Of a stretch of 34,453 bases of DNA, positions 1-7,502 are shown in pieces. Source of the DNA: a virus (Duplodnaviria > Caudoviricetes); the IMG/VR virus record IMGVR_UViG_3300049049_000057, positions 1-34,453 of that record; one strand, given 5' to 3'. The number at the start of each line of letters is the position of its first letter. Position 1 is the first letter of the stretch. Made by a program: the position numbers and the translations under genes. The notes beneath the pieces were generated by a model that saw nothing but the letters and a program-made list of their open reading frames with translations, was not told the origin of the DNA and did no database searches.

Positions 1-7
1 GGGGCGC

Positions 8-400
8 TCAGGCGTGCACTGCAGCGAAATTCGGCAGCTTGGTTTTGACCTTTTCCAGAAGGTCTGCGAAATCAAAATCACTAAGACCGGACCTGGCAGC
101 ATCAGTGAGACGGCGCTCAGGCATGATGCCCAGTTGCACGGAGCGGAAAAGCGTCTGAGCCTTGACAGCGTCCATGCCGCAGATGTTTTTCCACAGTATC
201 CAAATTTCAGAACCGTAGATGCCGTGGGTGTCCAGAGATAAAAGCGGACCCATGGCGCCAAAGGCGGAATAAGGATCAATTGTTGGTGCGTGCTCCATCA
301 TCTTCATGATGGCGGCGATTGCTCCGGGGTTGCCGTCGCTGAGCTTGATGGCAGCATCCATTACGTTGTCGGTCAATTCGATACGGGTGTTGTCGTTCAC
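8..400 (-). CDS. Hypothetical phage early protein (130 aa)
   Basis: GTG at 400 preceded by CCAGGAG RBS; globular-looking sequence (LSDGNPGA...LDTHGIYGSEIWILWKNICG). Confidence 0.8.
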   Translation of the reverse strand: MNDNTRIELTDNVMDAAIKLSDGNPGAIAAIMKMMEHAPTIDPYSAFGAMGPLLSLDTHGIYGSEIWILWKNICGMDAVKAQTLFRSVQLGIMPERRLTDAARSGLSDFDFADLLEKVKTKLPNFAAVHA

Positions 401-416
401 AGGCTGCTCCTGGTTG

Positions 417-454
417 AAAAAACAAAAGCGCCTCAACGAAGCGCCTTTGTTTTT
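417..454 (-). terminator. Rho-independent terminator in early-left operon
   Basis: Minus strand AAAACAAAGGCGCTTC-GTT-GAGGCGCTTTTGTTTTTT. Confidence 0.75.
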
Positions 455-461
455 GGCCCGG

Positions 462-482
462 TGAAGGGCCTGTAGCGGCATC
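462..482 (-). repeat. 21-bp intergenic direct repeat, copy 1 (GATGCCGCTACAGGCCCTTCA)
   Basis: Identical to 1417-1437. Confidence 0.95.
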
Positions 483-493
483 CGGGGGGGGGG

Positions 494-1057
494 TTATTTG
501 TGTGTGACGCAGCGCCGGGCCAAGTCAACCAACCAGACCGCAAGATCGGGCGGCGTGTGCTCCCGCTCTGCCTTGGTGATGTGTGGCCGGTAGTCCTGGC
601 GCTTTCGGCTTTGGACAACGTGTGTCGCTTCGCCTAGCACCAGAGGCACGTCTGGTATGTCGCATGGCTCGCAGCCAACGATGTAGAACCACGTCGCCTT
701 CTCTGCCTTGTGGCCCCACCATTGCTGAGGCGCCGAGAATGTCCATCCGCCAAAAGCGTCCCGCGCGCCAGGATGTGGCAGTTTTTGAGCAGCCCACAGG
801 GTGCTGCCGGCAGGGTGTTCCAGCACGCCGCCGAACTCTCGGACAAGTGCCACAGCTAGGCGCGCTAGGTTGCGCTCATCAGGTCTAGGATTGGCAAAGG
901 TCCGCAGACGCCCCCACGCTCGACAGGGCGGGTGGGCCACTACAGGGTGCGGGCCGTCATAGATTCGAGCATCTCGCTCCATGTCGTACACGTCACAGCC
1001 GGGGAGCGTCTTGTAGACACTGTCTGACCGGGCGAACAGGGCCGCGACTGTCTGCAT
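494..1057 (-). CDS. Short, degenerate DNA cytosine-5 methyltransferase-like protein
   Basis: HPPC (motif IV PC), VLEHP (motif VI-like), QQWWGH..EKATW; ATG 1057 with GGAG RBS; motif I FxGxG degenerate. Confidence 0.65.
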   Translation of the reverse strand: MQTVAALFARSDSVYKTLPGCDVYDMERDARIYDGPHPVVAHPPCRAWGRLRTFANPRPDERNLARLAVALVREFGGVLEHPAGSTLWAAQKLPHPGARDAFGGWTFSAPQQWWGHKAEKATWFYIVGCEPCDIPDVPLVLGEATHVVQSRKRQDYRPHITKAEREHTPPDLAVWLVDLARRCVTHK

Positions 1058-1070
1058 ACGTTCTCCCATG

Positions 1071-1091
1071 AAAAAAGCCGCACTAGGCGGC
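1071..1091 (-). terminator. Rho-independent terminator
   Basis: Minus strand GCCGC-CTAGT-GCGGC-TTTTTT. Confidence 0.75.
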
Positions 1092-1114
1092 CTGTTGCTG
1101 CAGCGTGGCGGTGT

Positions 1115-1330
1115 TTACCCGGCGATGATTTCCTCAAACTTCGCTGCGCGTTCCGCCCATACTTCTGCTGGCGCTCCCCGAAACTTGCGTCCCACTGGGA
1201 GGGCTTGCGCTTTTTCCGCTGCCGCACGCAGTTGCACAGCGTTGGCACGGTACTGCGCCAGAGCTTGCATTGGTGTGCAGCCAAAAATGGCGCATGTCTT
1301 CAAGACTTCGGGGTGGTATGTGGTAGTCAT
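1115..1330 (-). CDS. Hypothetical protein (71 aa)
   Basis: GGAG RBS 5 nt upstream of ATG; lies between two terminators. Confidence 0.8.
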   Translation of the reverse strand: MTTTYHPEVLKTCAIFGCTPMQALAQYRANAVQLRAAAEKAQALPVGRKFRGAPAEVWAERAAKFEEIIAG

Positions 1331-1367
1331 GATTTCTCCGTTGCATCATGTTAGGGGCAATCCCGAT

Positions 1368-1405
1368 AAAACATCAAAACGCCCTGCAATCAAGACGCTT
1401 TGATG
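1368..1405 (-). terminator. Long hairpin plus short U tract (terminator or RNase III-type stem)
   Basis: Minus strand CATCAAAGCGTCTTG-ATTG-CAGGGCGTTTTGATG-TTTT. Confidence 0.55.
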
Positions 1406-1416
1406 CTGCCCCTCAA

Positions 1417-1437
1417 TGAAGGGCCTGTAGCGGCATC
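1417..1437 (-). repeat. 21-bp intergenic direct repeat, copy 2
   Basis: Identical to 462-482. Confidence 0.95.
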
Positions 1438-1463
1438 TCCCCGTTGTCCGGGGTGCGGATGGG

Positions 1464-1712
1464 TTATTTCTGGAACTCTCCCTTAGTAGCAAGGCGGTGC
1501 TTGTACTCAGTCCACGCATACCAAGATCCGCCGTCCTGCACGTAGCAAGAAAGTCCCTCGTACTGGGTGGGCTTCCCAGTAACTTTTTCGTACCGCGAGC
1601 ACTGGTACGAATCGAAAATTGCGCCTACCCCTATCGCAATAGCGAAGAAGACCGCCAGAACGGCGAGCAGGCCAATAATTGGCATCAAAAAGTCTTCAAA
1701 CAATTCGCGCAT
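1464..1712 (-). CDS. Single-pass membrane protein (82 aa), first clear gene of pL operon
   Basis: GAAGGA RBS; hydrophobic stretch LMPIIGLLAVLAVFFAIAIGVGAIF followed by two Cys. Confidence 0.8.
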   Translation of the reverse strand: MRELFEDFLMPIIGLLAVLAVFFAIAIGVGAIFDSYQCSRYEKVTGKPTQYEGLSCYVQDGGSWYAWTEYKHRLATKGEFQK

Positions 1713-1729
1713 GGTTGCTTCCTTCGTTG

Positions 1730-1763
1730 AAAAACAGAGAGGACTGACCATCAATCCGCTCTG
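1730..1763 (-). terminator. tL1-like terminator
   Basis: Minus strand CAGAGCGGATTGA-TGG-TCAGTCCTCTCTG-TTTTT. Confidence 0.6.
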
Positions 1764-2100
1764 GTTTTGCCCCTGTTGCCAAGGGCTCGGCTGGCATCTC
1801 CCTGCCGCAGCAGGCTCCAGCTCACTCACTCAATCCGCTCATTCCCACGCGGGCACGGATTGATTCGCCAGCTTGCTTTTCTCGGTGCTGGCCCCTCACC
1901 CCTGGTCACGCTTCGGGGCTGCGCCTGCTGTCGTCTGCTCGTTTGAGTGCGAACCGCAGGGGGTGTTTGAAGGTGATGTGAAGGGCGCCCTGGGTCGTGA
2001 CGAGTCCCCAAGCCCCTAGAGCCAGTGGACACTCTGCAGCGTGCTACCCACCTCCCTTGCGCAGTACGCCGATTCGCCGCGCCCATCACATCACCCTCAG

Positions 2101-2112
2101 TTTTTAAAGAAC
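2101..2112 (-). promoter_or_regulatory. boxA antitermination element (nutL-like)
   Basis: GTTCTTTAAAAA vs consensus GCTCTTTAACAA, about 55 nt downstream of pL. Confidence 0.7.
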
Positions 2113-2172
2113 TGTCGGCACCGGCTCGATCACTTGGCACCCTGTCGCTGCTGTTTGGCTGGCGATGGATGA

Positions 2173-2201
2173 ATTATGCGTTAAAGAATATTCAAAAGCA
2201 A
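2173..2201 (-). promoter_or_regulatory. pL promoter with overlapping OL operator
   Basis: TTGCTT-17bp-CATAAT; TATGC-N6-GAATA (2175-2190) resembles sites in the OR region. Confidence 0.75.
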
Positions 2202-2254
2202 GCGCAAAAGAATAAAGTGCAACTACTTATGGAGATACGTAGTAGGATGTAGGC

Positions 2255-2281
2255 AACAAAAAGCCGCCTCGGTGGGCGGCT
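2255..2281 (-). terminator. Terminator of the cI (immunity) transcript
   Basis: Minus strand AGCCGCC-CACCGA-GGCGGCT-TTTTGTT. Confidence 0.8.
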
Positions 2282-2305
2282 AGGAGATGGCGATGGAAGA
2301 CAGCG

Positions 2306-2659
2306 CTAGTGACGTGTCGGGTCCTGTGATGCCATGGCCAAAGCCCGTGATAAGGCCCTGGCGGAATCAGCTGGTATCGTTGACGTTAGGCGAGCGGGTG
2401 ACCCCTCTAGCTCATACGATAAGGTGGCAACCCCATGTTCAACACGGCCAGTTACCTCCCGGATGGTCAAAAGCTGAGCATGGCGCTTAACCGCTGGGTC
2501 GTTTGCTTGCGGCACCAAGTGCATGAGGGTGGAAAGTAAGAGCCCGACCAATTCGGGGTTCAGTATTCCAACACGCTGTGTGCCGTCCGCGTATTCCAGT
2601 GAGAACTGAATTGACCCGTCGGGCAACTGCCCGAAGCCGAAGTCCTTAATTACGTCCAT
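2306..2659 (-). CDS. Hypothetical protein in immunity operon (117 aa)
   Basis: ORF co-oriented with cI, ending just before the terminator; weak RBS. Confidence 0.65.
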   Translation of the reverse strand: MDVIKDFGFGQLPDGSIQFSLEYADGTQRVGILNPELVGLLLSTLMHLVPQANDPAVKRHAQLLTIREVTGRVEHGVATLSYELEGSPARLTSTIPADSARALSRALAMASQDPTRH

Positions 2660-2717
2660 CGCGCACTCGCATTCATAGAACTACTCATTCCCCCCGTTTT
2701 GCTCACTTCTATGAGCT

Positions 2718-3371
2718 TTATCGGCAGTCGGTGTAAACCGTTCCGCCGACGTTGCGGGATTGGCAACTCACTGGTGGCGCCACGGGTGCTGGCCGTGGCT
2801 GCGACAGCTGCAGCAGCAAAAGGGCATTAGATAACTCCGCATCAGCGCGAGCTTGTTGGGCGGCTTTAGCTTCCTGGGCGGCACGATTCGCCTGGGTCTC
2901 CTGGGTATGCGCGTTCCGCCATTTGTCTTGGTTCGCCTGCGCCAGCTCTTTACGCTTGGTGTTGAACTCCCCGTATGACCACGCTCCGCTGTAGAGCTTA
3001 GAAAGCAGGATCACAAACTGCTCGTTTTGACTTTCCACTAAGCCTGCATACATTGGGGGTTGGTGAATTTCACGAAAGCGTTTCCCCGCGTCCAAGCAGA
3101 CACTGCGGATGCTGGCCCAATACTGAATGGCTTTCTTCTCTTCGGCGGAGGTTGCTCTCTCCGTGCTTGCAAGCATGGCCAGCGTGGTGGTGCTTGGATC
3201 GTTGGGGCGGCCCACCTTGGCGTGCAGCACTTTGAGATGCGGGTCATCGCCCAATGATGTGTAGCACTTCCGAGACGGGTCGTCAGCAGTGGTTTTGGCC
3301 GGTTGCTGCGGCAGGGTTGCATTGCAACCTACAAAAAGTAGACACGCCGCCACGAGCGCAAATTTTGTCAT
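2718..3371 (-). CDS. Putative lipoprotein co-transcribed with cI
   Basis: MTKFALVAACLLFVG-C lipobox; GGAGGGG RBS 9 nt after cI stop; C-terminal C-x10-C. Confidence 0.85.
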   Translation of the reverse strand: MTKFALVAACLLFVGCNATLPQQPAKTTADDPSRKCYTSLGDDPHLKVLHAKVGRPNDPSTTTLAMLASTERATSAEEKKAIQYWASIRSVCLDAGKRFREIHQPPMYAGLVESQNEQFVILLSKLYSGAWSYGEFNTKRKELAQANQDKWRNAHTQETQANRAAQEAKAAQQARADAELSNALLLLQLSQPRPAPVAPPVSCQSRNVGGTVYTDCR

Positions 3372-3380
3372 CGCCCCTCC

Positions 3381-4046
3381 TTAGATCCGTTCGCTTTGCT
3401 TGTGAACCACTTCCCCGATGATGATGCAATGCTCGTCGCAAAGCTTGCGAGGGTAGAGCCGCGCATCAGGGTTGTCCGAGGAAAGCCACCACTGCCCAGC
3501 ATCTCGCACAAGGCGCTTGATGACCAGCTCGCCCTCATAGTTGACGGCGAAGACTACGCCGTCCTTAGGCTTGGTGGAATCGGTGTTCACCACGACAGTG
3601 TCGCCGTGATACAGGCCCGGCTCCATGCTGCCGTTGGCGACGGATACAGCGAATAGCTTGTCGGCCCTAAGCCCCTTGCCAATCAGCCAGGTGCGCCGGA
3701 AAACTATGGGCGCGCCGTCGTCATCTTGATAGTCCACGGCAAAGCCAGTGGCCCCGGCAGAAAGTTTGAACCTCACCCGGCGCACGGCGGGGAAGTCTGC
3801 GTTGTCGTCCAGGTCAATAGCCTGGGAAGCCTCGCCGCCCCAAATCGCGCCGTTGCCGGTGTCCAGCCATTCCGCCGAGCATCCTAAAGCGCGCGCCAGT
3901 TTCACTAGCTGGGTTGTCGTGTTGGATTCGCCGCGTTCCAGCTTTGAGATATCCGACTGCTTAACGCCCGAAGCAACCTCCAACTGTTGCTGCGTCAGGC
4001 CGCGCTCTTTTCGCGCGTGCTTGAGTCGTTTGCCAAGGGTGTCCAT
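3381..4046 (-). CDS. cI: CI-type repressor (XRE HTH plus S24 peptidase)
   Basis: HTH LGKRLKHARKERGLTQQQL...ISKLERG; AG cleavage site (LSAG), NGSMEP Ser and IKRL Lys. Confidence 0.95.
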   Translation of the reverse strand: MDTLGKRLKHARKERGLTQQQLEVASGVKQSDISKLERGESNTTTQLVKLARALGCSAEWLDTGNGAIWGGEASQAIDLDDNADFPAVRRVRFKLSAGATGFAVDYQDDDGAPIVFRRTWLIGKGLRADKLFAVSVANGSMEPGLYHGDTVVVNTDSTKPKDGVVFAVNYEGELVIKRLVRDAGQWWLSSDNPDARLYPRKLCDEHCIIIGEVVHKQSERI

Positions 4047-4055
4047 CCACCCATT

Positions 4056-4108
4056 TAATCCTTCTTGCATATTCTTGAACGACTTGCTAGAATAGTCGCA
4101 AAGGAATA
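4056..4108 (+). promoter_or_regulatory. OR operators and pR promoter
   Basis: TTGCAT(4065)-17bp-TAGAAT(4088) with extended TG; imperfect TATTC-N6-GAATA palindromes at 4056-4071, 4070-4085, 4093-4108. Confidence 0.75.
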
Positions 4109-4113
4109 AATCG

Positions 4114-4320
4114 ATGGAAGCGAAAGACTACTTGACCGCGATTCGAGCCACTGGGATGACGCAGGCTGAGGTCGCAGCGCGAACTGGCATCCCTCAGCCG
4201 ACGATTTCCAAGATAGAGCGCGGCGAAGTTGAGGACGTCATGTCCCGCAACTATCGCGCATTGCAGGCGCTGCATCGCAGCGTTGTCCGCAAGGCCAAGC
4301 CCGCCACCCAACCGGCCTAG
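4114..4320 (+). CDS. cro: Cro-like HTH repressor
   Basis: Divergent from cI; GMTQAEVAARTGIPQPTISKIERG; AAGGA RBS. Confidence 0.9.
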   Translation: MEAKDYLTAIRATGMTQAEVAARTGIPQPTISKIERGEVEDVMSRNYRALQALHRSVVRKAKPATQPA

Positions 4321-4365
4321 CCCATGGCCTCCCATTCCCTCCCCAGCCACTTCGCAGTGGCCTTT

Positions 4366-4398
4366 GCTCAGGCTTTCGGGTCTGGGCGTTTTTCTTTT
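4366..4398 (+). terminator. tR1-like terminator
   Basis: GCTCAGGCT-TTCG-GGTCTGGGC followed by GTTTTTCTTTT. Confidence 0.7.
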
Positions 4399-4438
4399 CG
4401 TGCTTTGCATGGCGCTCATTTTTCGCCGCGCGAGCCTC

Positions 4439-4452
4439 TCAACACCACTCAA
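4439..4452 (-). promoter_or_regulatory. Possible CII-binding direct repeat (pRE-like)
   Basis: Minus strand TTGA-GTGGTG-TTGA just upstream of cII, same geometry as lambda TTGC-N6-TTGC; -10 spacing is imperfect. Confidence 0.4.
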
Positions 4453-4469
4453 CTGATTGGAGAAGCGTT

Positions 4470-4865
4470 GTGAACCAGCTCGGATTCCCGTCCAACGTGA
4501 CCGCGCAAGAGCTTGCCCGCGAGAAGACCTTGGGTGACGCCATTGGTCTTTGCATTAAGGCTGCTGGCTATGAGCCAAAGGAAGTCACCGACAAGCTCAA
4601 GATGGACAAAGCCCAGTGGTCGCGCTGGCAGTCCGGGGCAGAGGGTGTGACCTGGCCGAAGTTTGAAGCCCTGATGGACTTCTGCGGAAACGACGCCCCT
4701 TTGTTCTGGATGTTGAACGCCCGGGGCTACGACCTGTCGAGCCTGCGCCGCAAGGAATCTGAGGTGGAGAAGAAGCTGCGCGAAGCGGAAGAAAAGCTCG
4801 CCCGCGTGGAGATGGAGCGCGAGGTGGAACGCCGCATGTGGCGCGACATGAGGGCAGCAGCATGA
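4470..4865 (+). CDS. cII: CII-like transcriptional regulator
   Basis: Position after cro/tR1; HTH (KEVTDKLKMDKAQWSRWQSG) plus C-terminal coiled coil; GTG with GGAG RBS. Confidence 0.7.
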   Translation: MNQLGFPSNVTAQELAREKTLGDAIGLCIKAAGYEPKEVTDKLKMDKAQWSRWQSGAEGVTWPKFEALMDFCGNDAPLFWMLNARGYDLSSLRRKESEVEKKLREAEEKLARVEMEREVERRMWRDMRAAA

Positions 4866-5128
4866 CCCTCTGGAACCCCAAGAAGCCCCTGAATCAACCC
4901 CCTCATTTCCGCACAGGTGAGGCAGTAGTTACCGGCTCCACCGATTCCGAGATAGCCGCCTTGATCGACAAGCGCCGCGAGCTGGCCGCACAGGTCGCTG
5001 GCGTGGAGCTCGAAATCGCCATGGCATTAGGTGACCGTGACGGGGCCCGCAGGCACATGGAAGAACAGAAGGCTCAGACCCTAGCCCGCCATGCGGCCAA
5101 GTTCGCAGCCTGGGAAGCGAGCCACTGA
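4862..5128 (+). CDS. Hypothetical protein (88 aa)
   Basis: ATGA coupling to cII stop and TGATG coupling to next gene. Confidence 0.75.
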   Translation: MTLWNPKKPLNQPPHFRTGEAVVTGSTDSEIAALIDKRRELAAQVAGVELEIAMALGDRDGARRHMEEQKAQTLARHAAKFAAWEASH

Positions 5129-5409
5129 TGCGCGATTACTGGATCGACCACAACGGAGTGGCCTGGATCGAGCCGCAAATAAAAGGGCGGCTGAAGATGC
5201 GCATCCCGGCCCACGCTGCCTTGCGCGAGTTCGTGATCCACCGTGACGGCCGACGCTGCAGGCTGTGTGGCGCCACCACCAATCTGATTGCCGATCACAT
5301 TGTTTCCCGACGCAACGGGGGGCGCCACCACCCGACCAACATGCAATGCCTCTGCCAGTCCTGCAACGCGCGCAAAGCGGGCCTTGTCGATGCGAAGGGG
5401 GTTGCATGA
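5128..5409 (+). CDS. HNH endonuclease
   Basis: CRLCG...ADHIV...GG...NMQCLCQSCNARK. Confidence 0.9.
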   Translation: MRDYWIDHNGVAWIEPQIKGRLKMRIPAHAALREFVIHRDGRRCRLCGATTNLIADHIVSRRNGGRHHPTNMQCLCQSCNARKAGLVDAKGVA

Positions 5410-6209
5410 GTCGCTATCGGAAGATCGAAGTGCGCACCTGGTCGGACGAGAAGTTCCGCGAGCTGTCGGCCATTCCCCCATCTGGGCAAGGCCTGTGGTT
5501 CTTCTTGCTGACCGGACCGCACACGACTGCCATTCCTGGACTGTTTCGCGCTGGCCGCGCCGCCATGGCTGAAGAACTGGGATGGGAGCAGGAAGCCTTC
5601 GACAAAGCCTTTCTGGAAGTCTCCGGGCAAGGCATGGCAAAAGCCGACTTCAAAGCCAAGCTGATATGGCTGCCGAAGGCTATCCAGCACAACAAGCCAG
5701 AGTCTCCAAACGTGGTGCGCGGCTGGCGTGTAGAGCTTGATTTATTGCCCGAATGCGACCTGAAGCGCGAGGCTATTGCAGGTATCCGCAAGGCCCTGGA
5801 AAGCGCTGGCCCCTCGTACGTAGAGGCTTTCGATGAGCTGCAAAACGCAAAGCAAAAGGATTCGGCAAAGCCTACCCCGAAGCCTTCCACAAAGTCTATG
5901 GCGAATCAGGAACAGGAACAGGAACAGGAACAAGAGAAGAAAGCTCCTTCTGCGAAGTCGCCACGCGGCACGGCCTTGCCGAAAGACTGGACCTTGCCGG
6001 ACGACTGGGAAACGTGGGCTCGGACTGAACGCCCCGACCTGAACGCACTCGCGGTTGCCGACGAGTTCCGCGATTACTGGGTTGCCAAACCCGGGAAGGA
6101 CGGGCGCAAGGCCGATTGGCAAGCGACGTGGCGCAACTGGGTCCGCAACCAGCGAACGCAGACGCACCGGCCCCCACCTCAGCAGTCGTCCATCGGGAGC
6201 TTCGTGTGA
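5406..6209 (+). CDS. Phage replication initiator (lambda O-like)
   Basis: N-terminal winged-helix-like region, QEQEQEQEQE linker, C-terminal LPKDW..FRDYW..KADWQATWRNW; upstream of helicase. Confidence 0.8.
   Translation: MSRYRKIEVRTWSDEKFRELSAIPPSGQGLWFFLLTGPHTTAIPGLFRAGRAAMAEELGWEQEAFDKAFLEVSGQGMAKADFKAKLIWLPKAIQHNKPESPNVVRGWRVELDLLPECDLKREAIAGIRKALESAGPSYVEAFDELQNAKQKDSAKPTPKPSTKSMANQEQEQEQEQEKKAPSAKSPRGTALPKDWTLPDDWETWARTERPDLNALAVADEFRDYWVAKPGKDGRKADWQATWRNWVRNQRTQTHRPPPQQSSIGSFV
5866..5930 (+). repeat. Putative origin iterons (three 12-bp units) and CAGGAA x4 inside initiator gene
   Basis: CAAAGCCTACCC/CGAAGCCTTCCA/CAAAGTCTATGG then (CAGGAA)4. Confidence 0.5.
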
Positions 6210-6559
6210 TCGGCTACGAGCAACTCATCGACCTGCGCCGCGAGCGTGTCCAGCCTTCGCTGGTTCGCATCACGGACGGGTTTGACCCCTACGCCAAGGA
6301 CTGGCACCGGGAGGTCGCAGGAGCCTCGCAGCAGTACCAAGCCCACATCGAAGTGGGCGCGCAGGAGATCCCCGAAGCGCTGGATCTGCGGGCGACTGTC
6401 GGGCTGGTGGTAATGGTGGATGGACAGCGCGGCCACGAAAGAACCCGCCGCCTGTTTGCCGCCGTGGTTGCCGCGAAGCCCCGGGCCGCAATTGCTCTCC
6501 TGCCAAACGAAACCCTCTTTTTTGATAGCAAAACAAATGGCCAACATCCTCATCCCTGA
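6206..6559 (+). CDS. Hypothetical protein between initiator and helicase
   Basis: GTGA overlap with initiator stop; GGGAG RBS. Confidence 0.7.
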   Translation: MIGYEQLIDLRRERVQPSLVRITDGFDPYAKDWHREVAGASQQYQAHIEVGAQEIPEALDLRATVGLVVMVDGQRGHERTRRLFAAVVAAKPRAAIALLPNETLFFDSKTNGQHPHP

Positions 6560-7502
6560 TGACATTGACTTTGCTCTCTACGAGCATGAAACGGACGCGC
6601 AGCAGAAGGTCAAAAGCGCTGCGATCTACGTCCAAGAACTGATCGACCGCATCAAGTCGCCGGTCAAGATTGCCCAGGCCGTCATGCCCTGGCGCAAGAC
6701 CCACGGACTGATTCAGTTCCGCCCCGGTGAAGTGACGGTGTGGGGTGGTGCTAACGGCAACGGCAAGTCCCTGGTGACTGGGCAGGTGGCACTGAGCCTC
6801 TGCGCCCAGGACGCCAAGGTGTGTATTGCCTCGTTCGAGATGAAGCCCCTCAAGACCTTGGAGCGCATGGGTCGCCAGTGGTCGAACTTCAACCCTGCAG
6901 ATCCAGCCTTCGCGGGCAGCGACGATGCCAAGGGCGAACTGATCAAGGTGTACGAGCAATTCAAGGAATGGACCGACAAGCGCCTGTGGCTTTACGACCA
7001 GCAAGGCACGGTCCAGGCCTCGCATGTGGTGGCCGTGGCCCGCTACTGCGCCAAGGAGTTGGGCGTGACGCACTTCATGGTGGACAGCCTCATGAAGTGC
7101 GTGCAAGGCGAAGACGACTACAACGGCCAGAAGTTGTTTGTGGACGAGCTGACCGCGATTGCGCGTGACTACAACATGCACATCCACCTCGTGCACCACA
7201 TCAAGAAGCCGCCCAACGAGGACCACAAGCCCGGCAAGTACGACTACAAGGGCTCCGGCGCGATCACCGACCAAGTGGACAACGTTATCTCGGTATGGCG
7301 CAACAAGGCCAAGGAGCGTAAGCGCGAGGCGGGGGACGATGTGAACGAGAACGACCCTGACACCCTGCTGATTTGCGACAAGCAGCGCAACGGCGAGTGG
7401 GAGGGAACGATTGGCCTTTGGTTTGAGCGCGACAGCCAGCAGTTCGTGCCCAACCCCGGCGAGGGCCCGATGGTCATGTACCGCCATCCGGAGGACATGT
7501 GA
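6537..7502 (+). CDS. DnaB-like (SF4) replicative helicase, no primase domain
   Basis: Walker A GANGNGKS, SFEM, FMVDSL, HLVHH, YKGSGAITDQVDNV, DKQRNG. Confidence 0.9.
   Translation: MANILIPDDIDFALYEHETDAQQKVKSAAIYVQELIDRIKSPVKIAQAVMPWRKTHGLIQFRPGEVTVWGGANGNGKSLVTGQVALSLCAQDAKVCIASFEMKPLKTLERMGRQWSNFNPADPAFAGSDDAKGELIKVYEQFKEWTDKRLWLYDQQGTVQASHVVAVARYCAKELGVTHFMVDSLMKCVQGEDDYNGQKLFVDELTAIARDYNMHIHLVHHIKKPPNEDHKPGKYDYKGSGAITDQVDNVISVWRNKAKERKREAGDDVNENDPDTLLICDKQRNGEWEGTIGLWFERDSQQFVPNPGEGPMVMYRHPEDM

Noticed and set aside
484-493. G10 homopolymer as a phase-variation switch
   Set aside because: Lies after a stop codon, outside any ORF or promoter spacer
1826-2140. N antiterminator ORF
   Set aside because: Overlaps boxA and the long RNA stems; composition is not protein-like; only weakly Arg-rich
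5907-5930. (CAGGAA)4 as contingency microsatellite
   Set aside because: In-frame hexamer encoding the QEQE linker common in phage initiators
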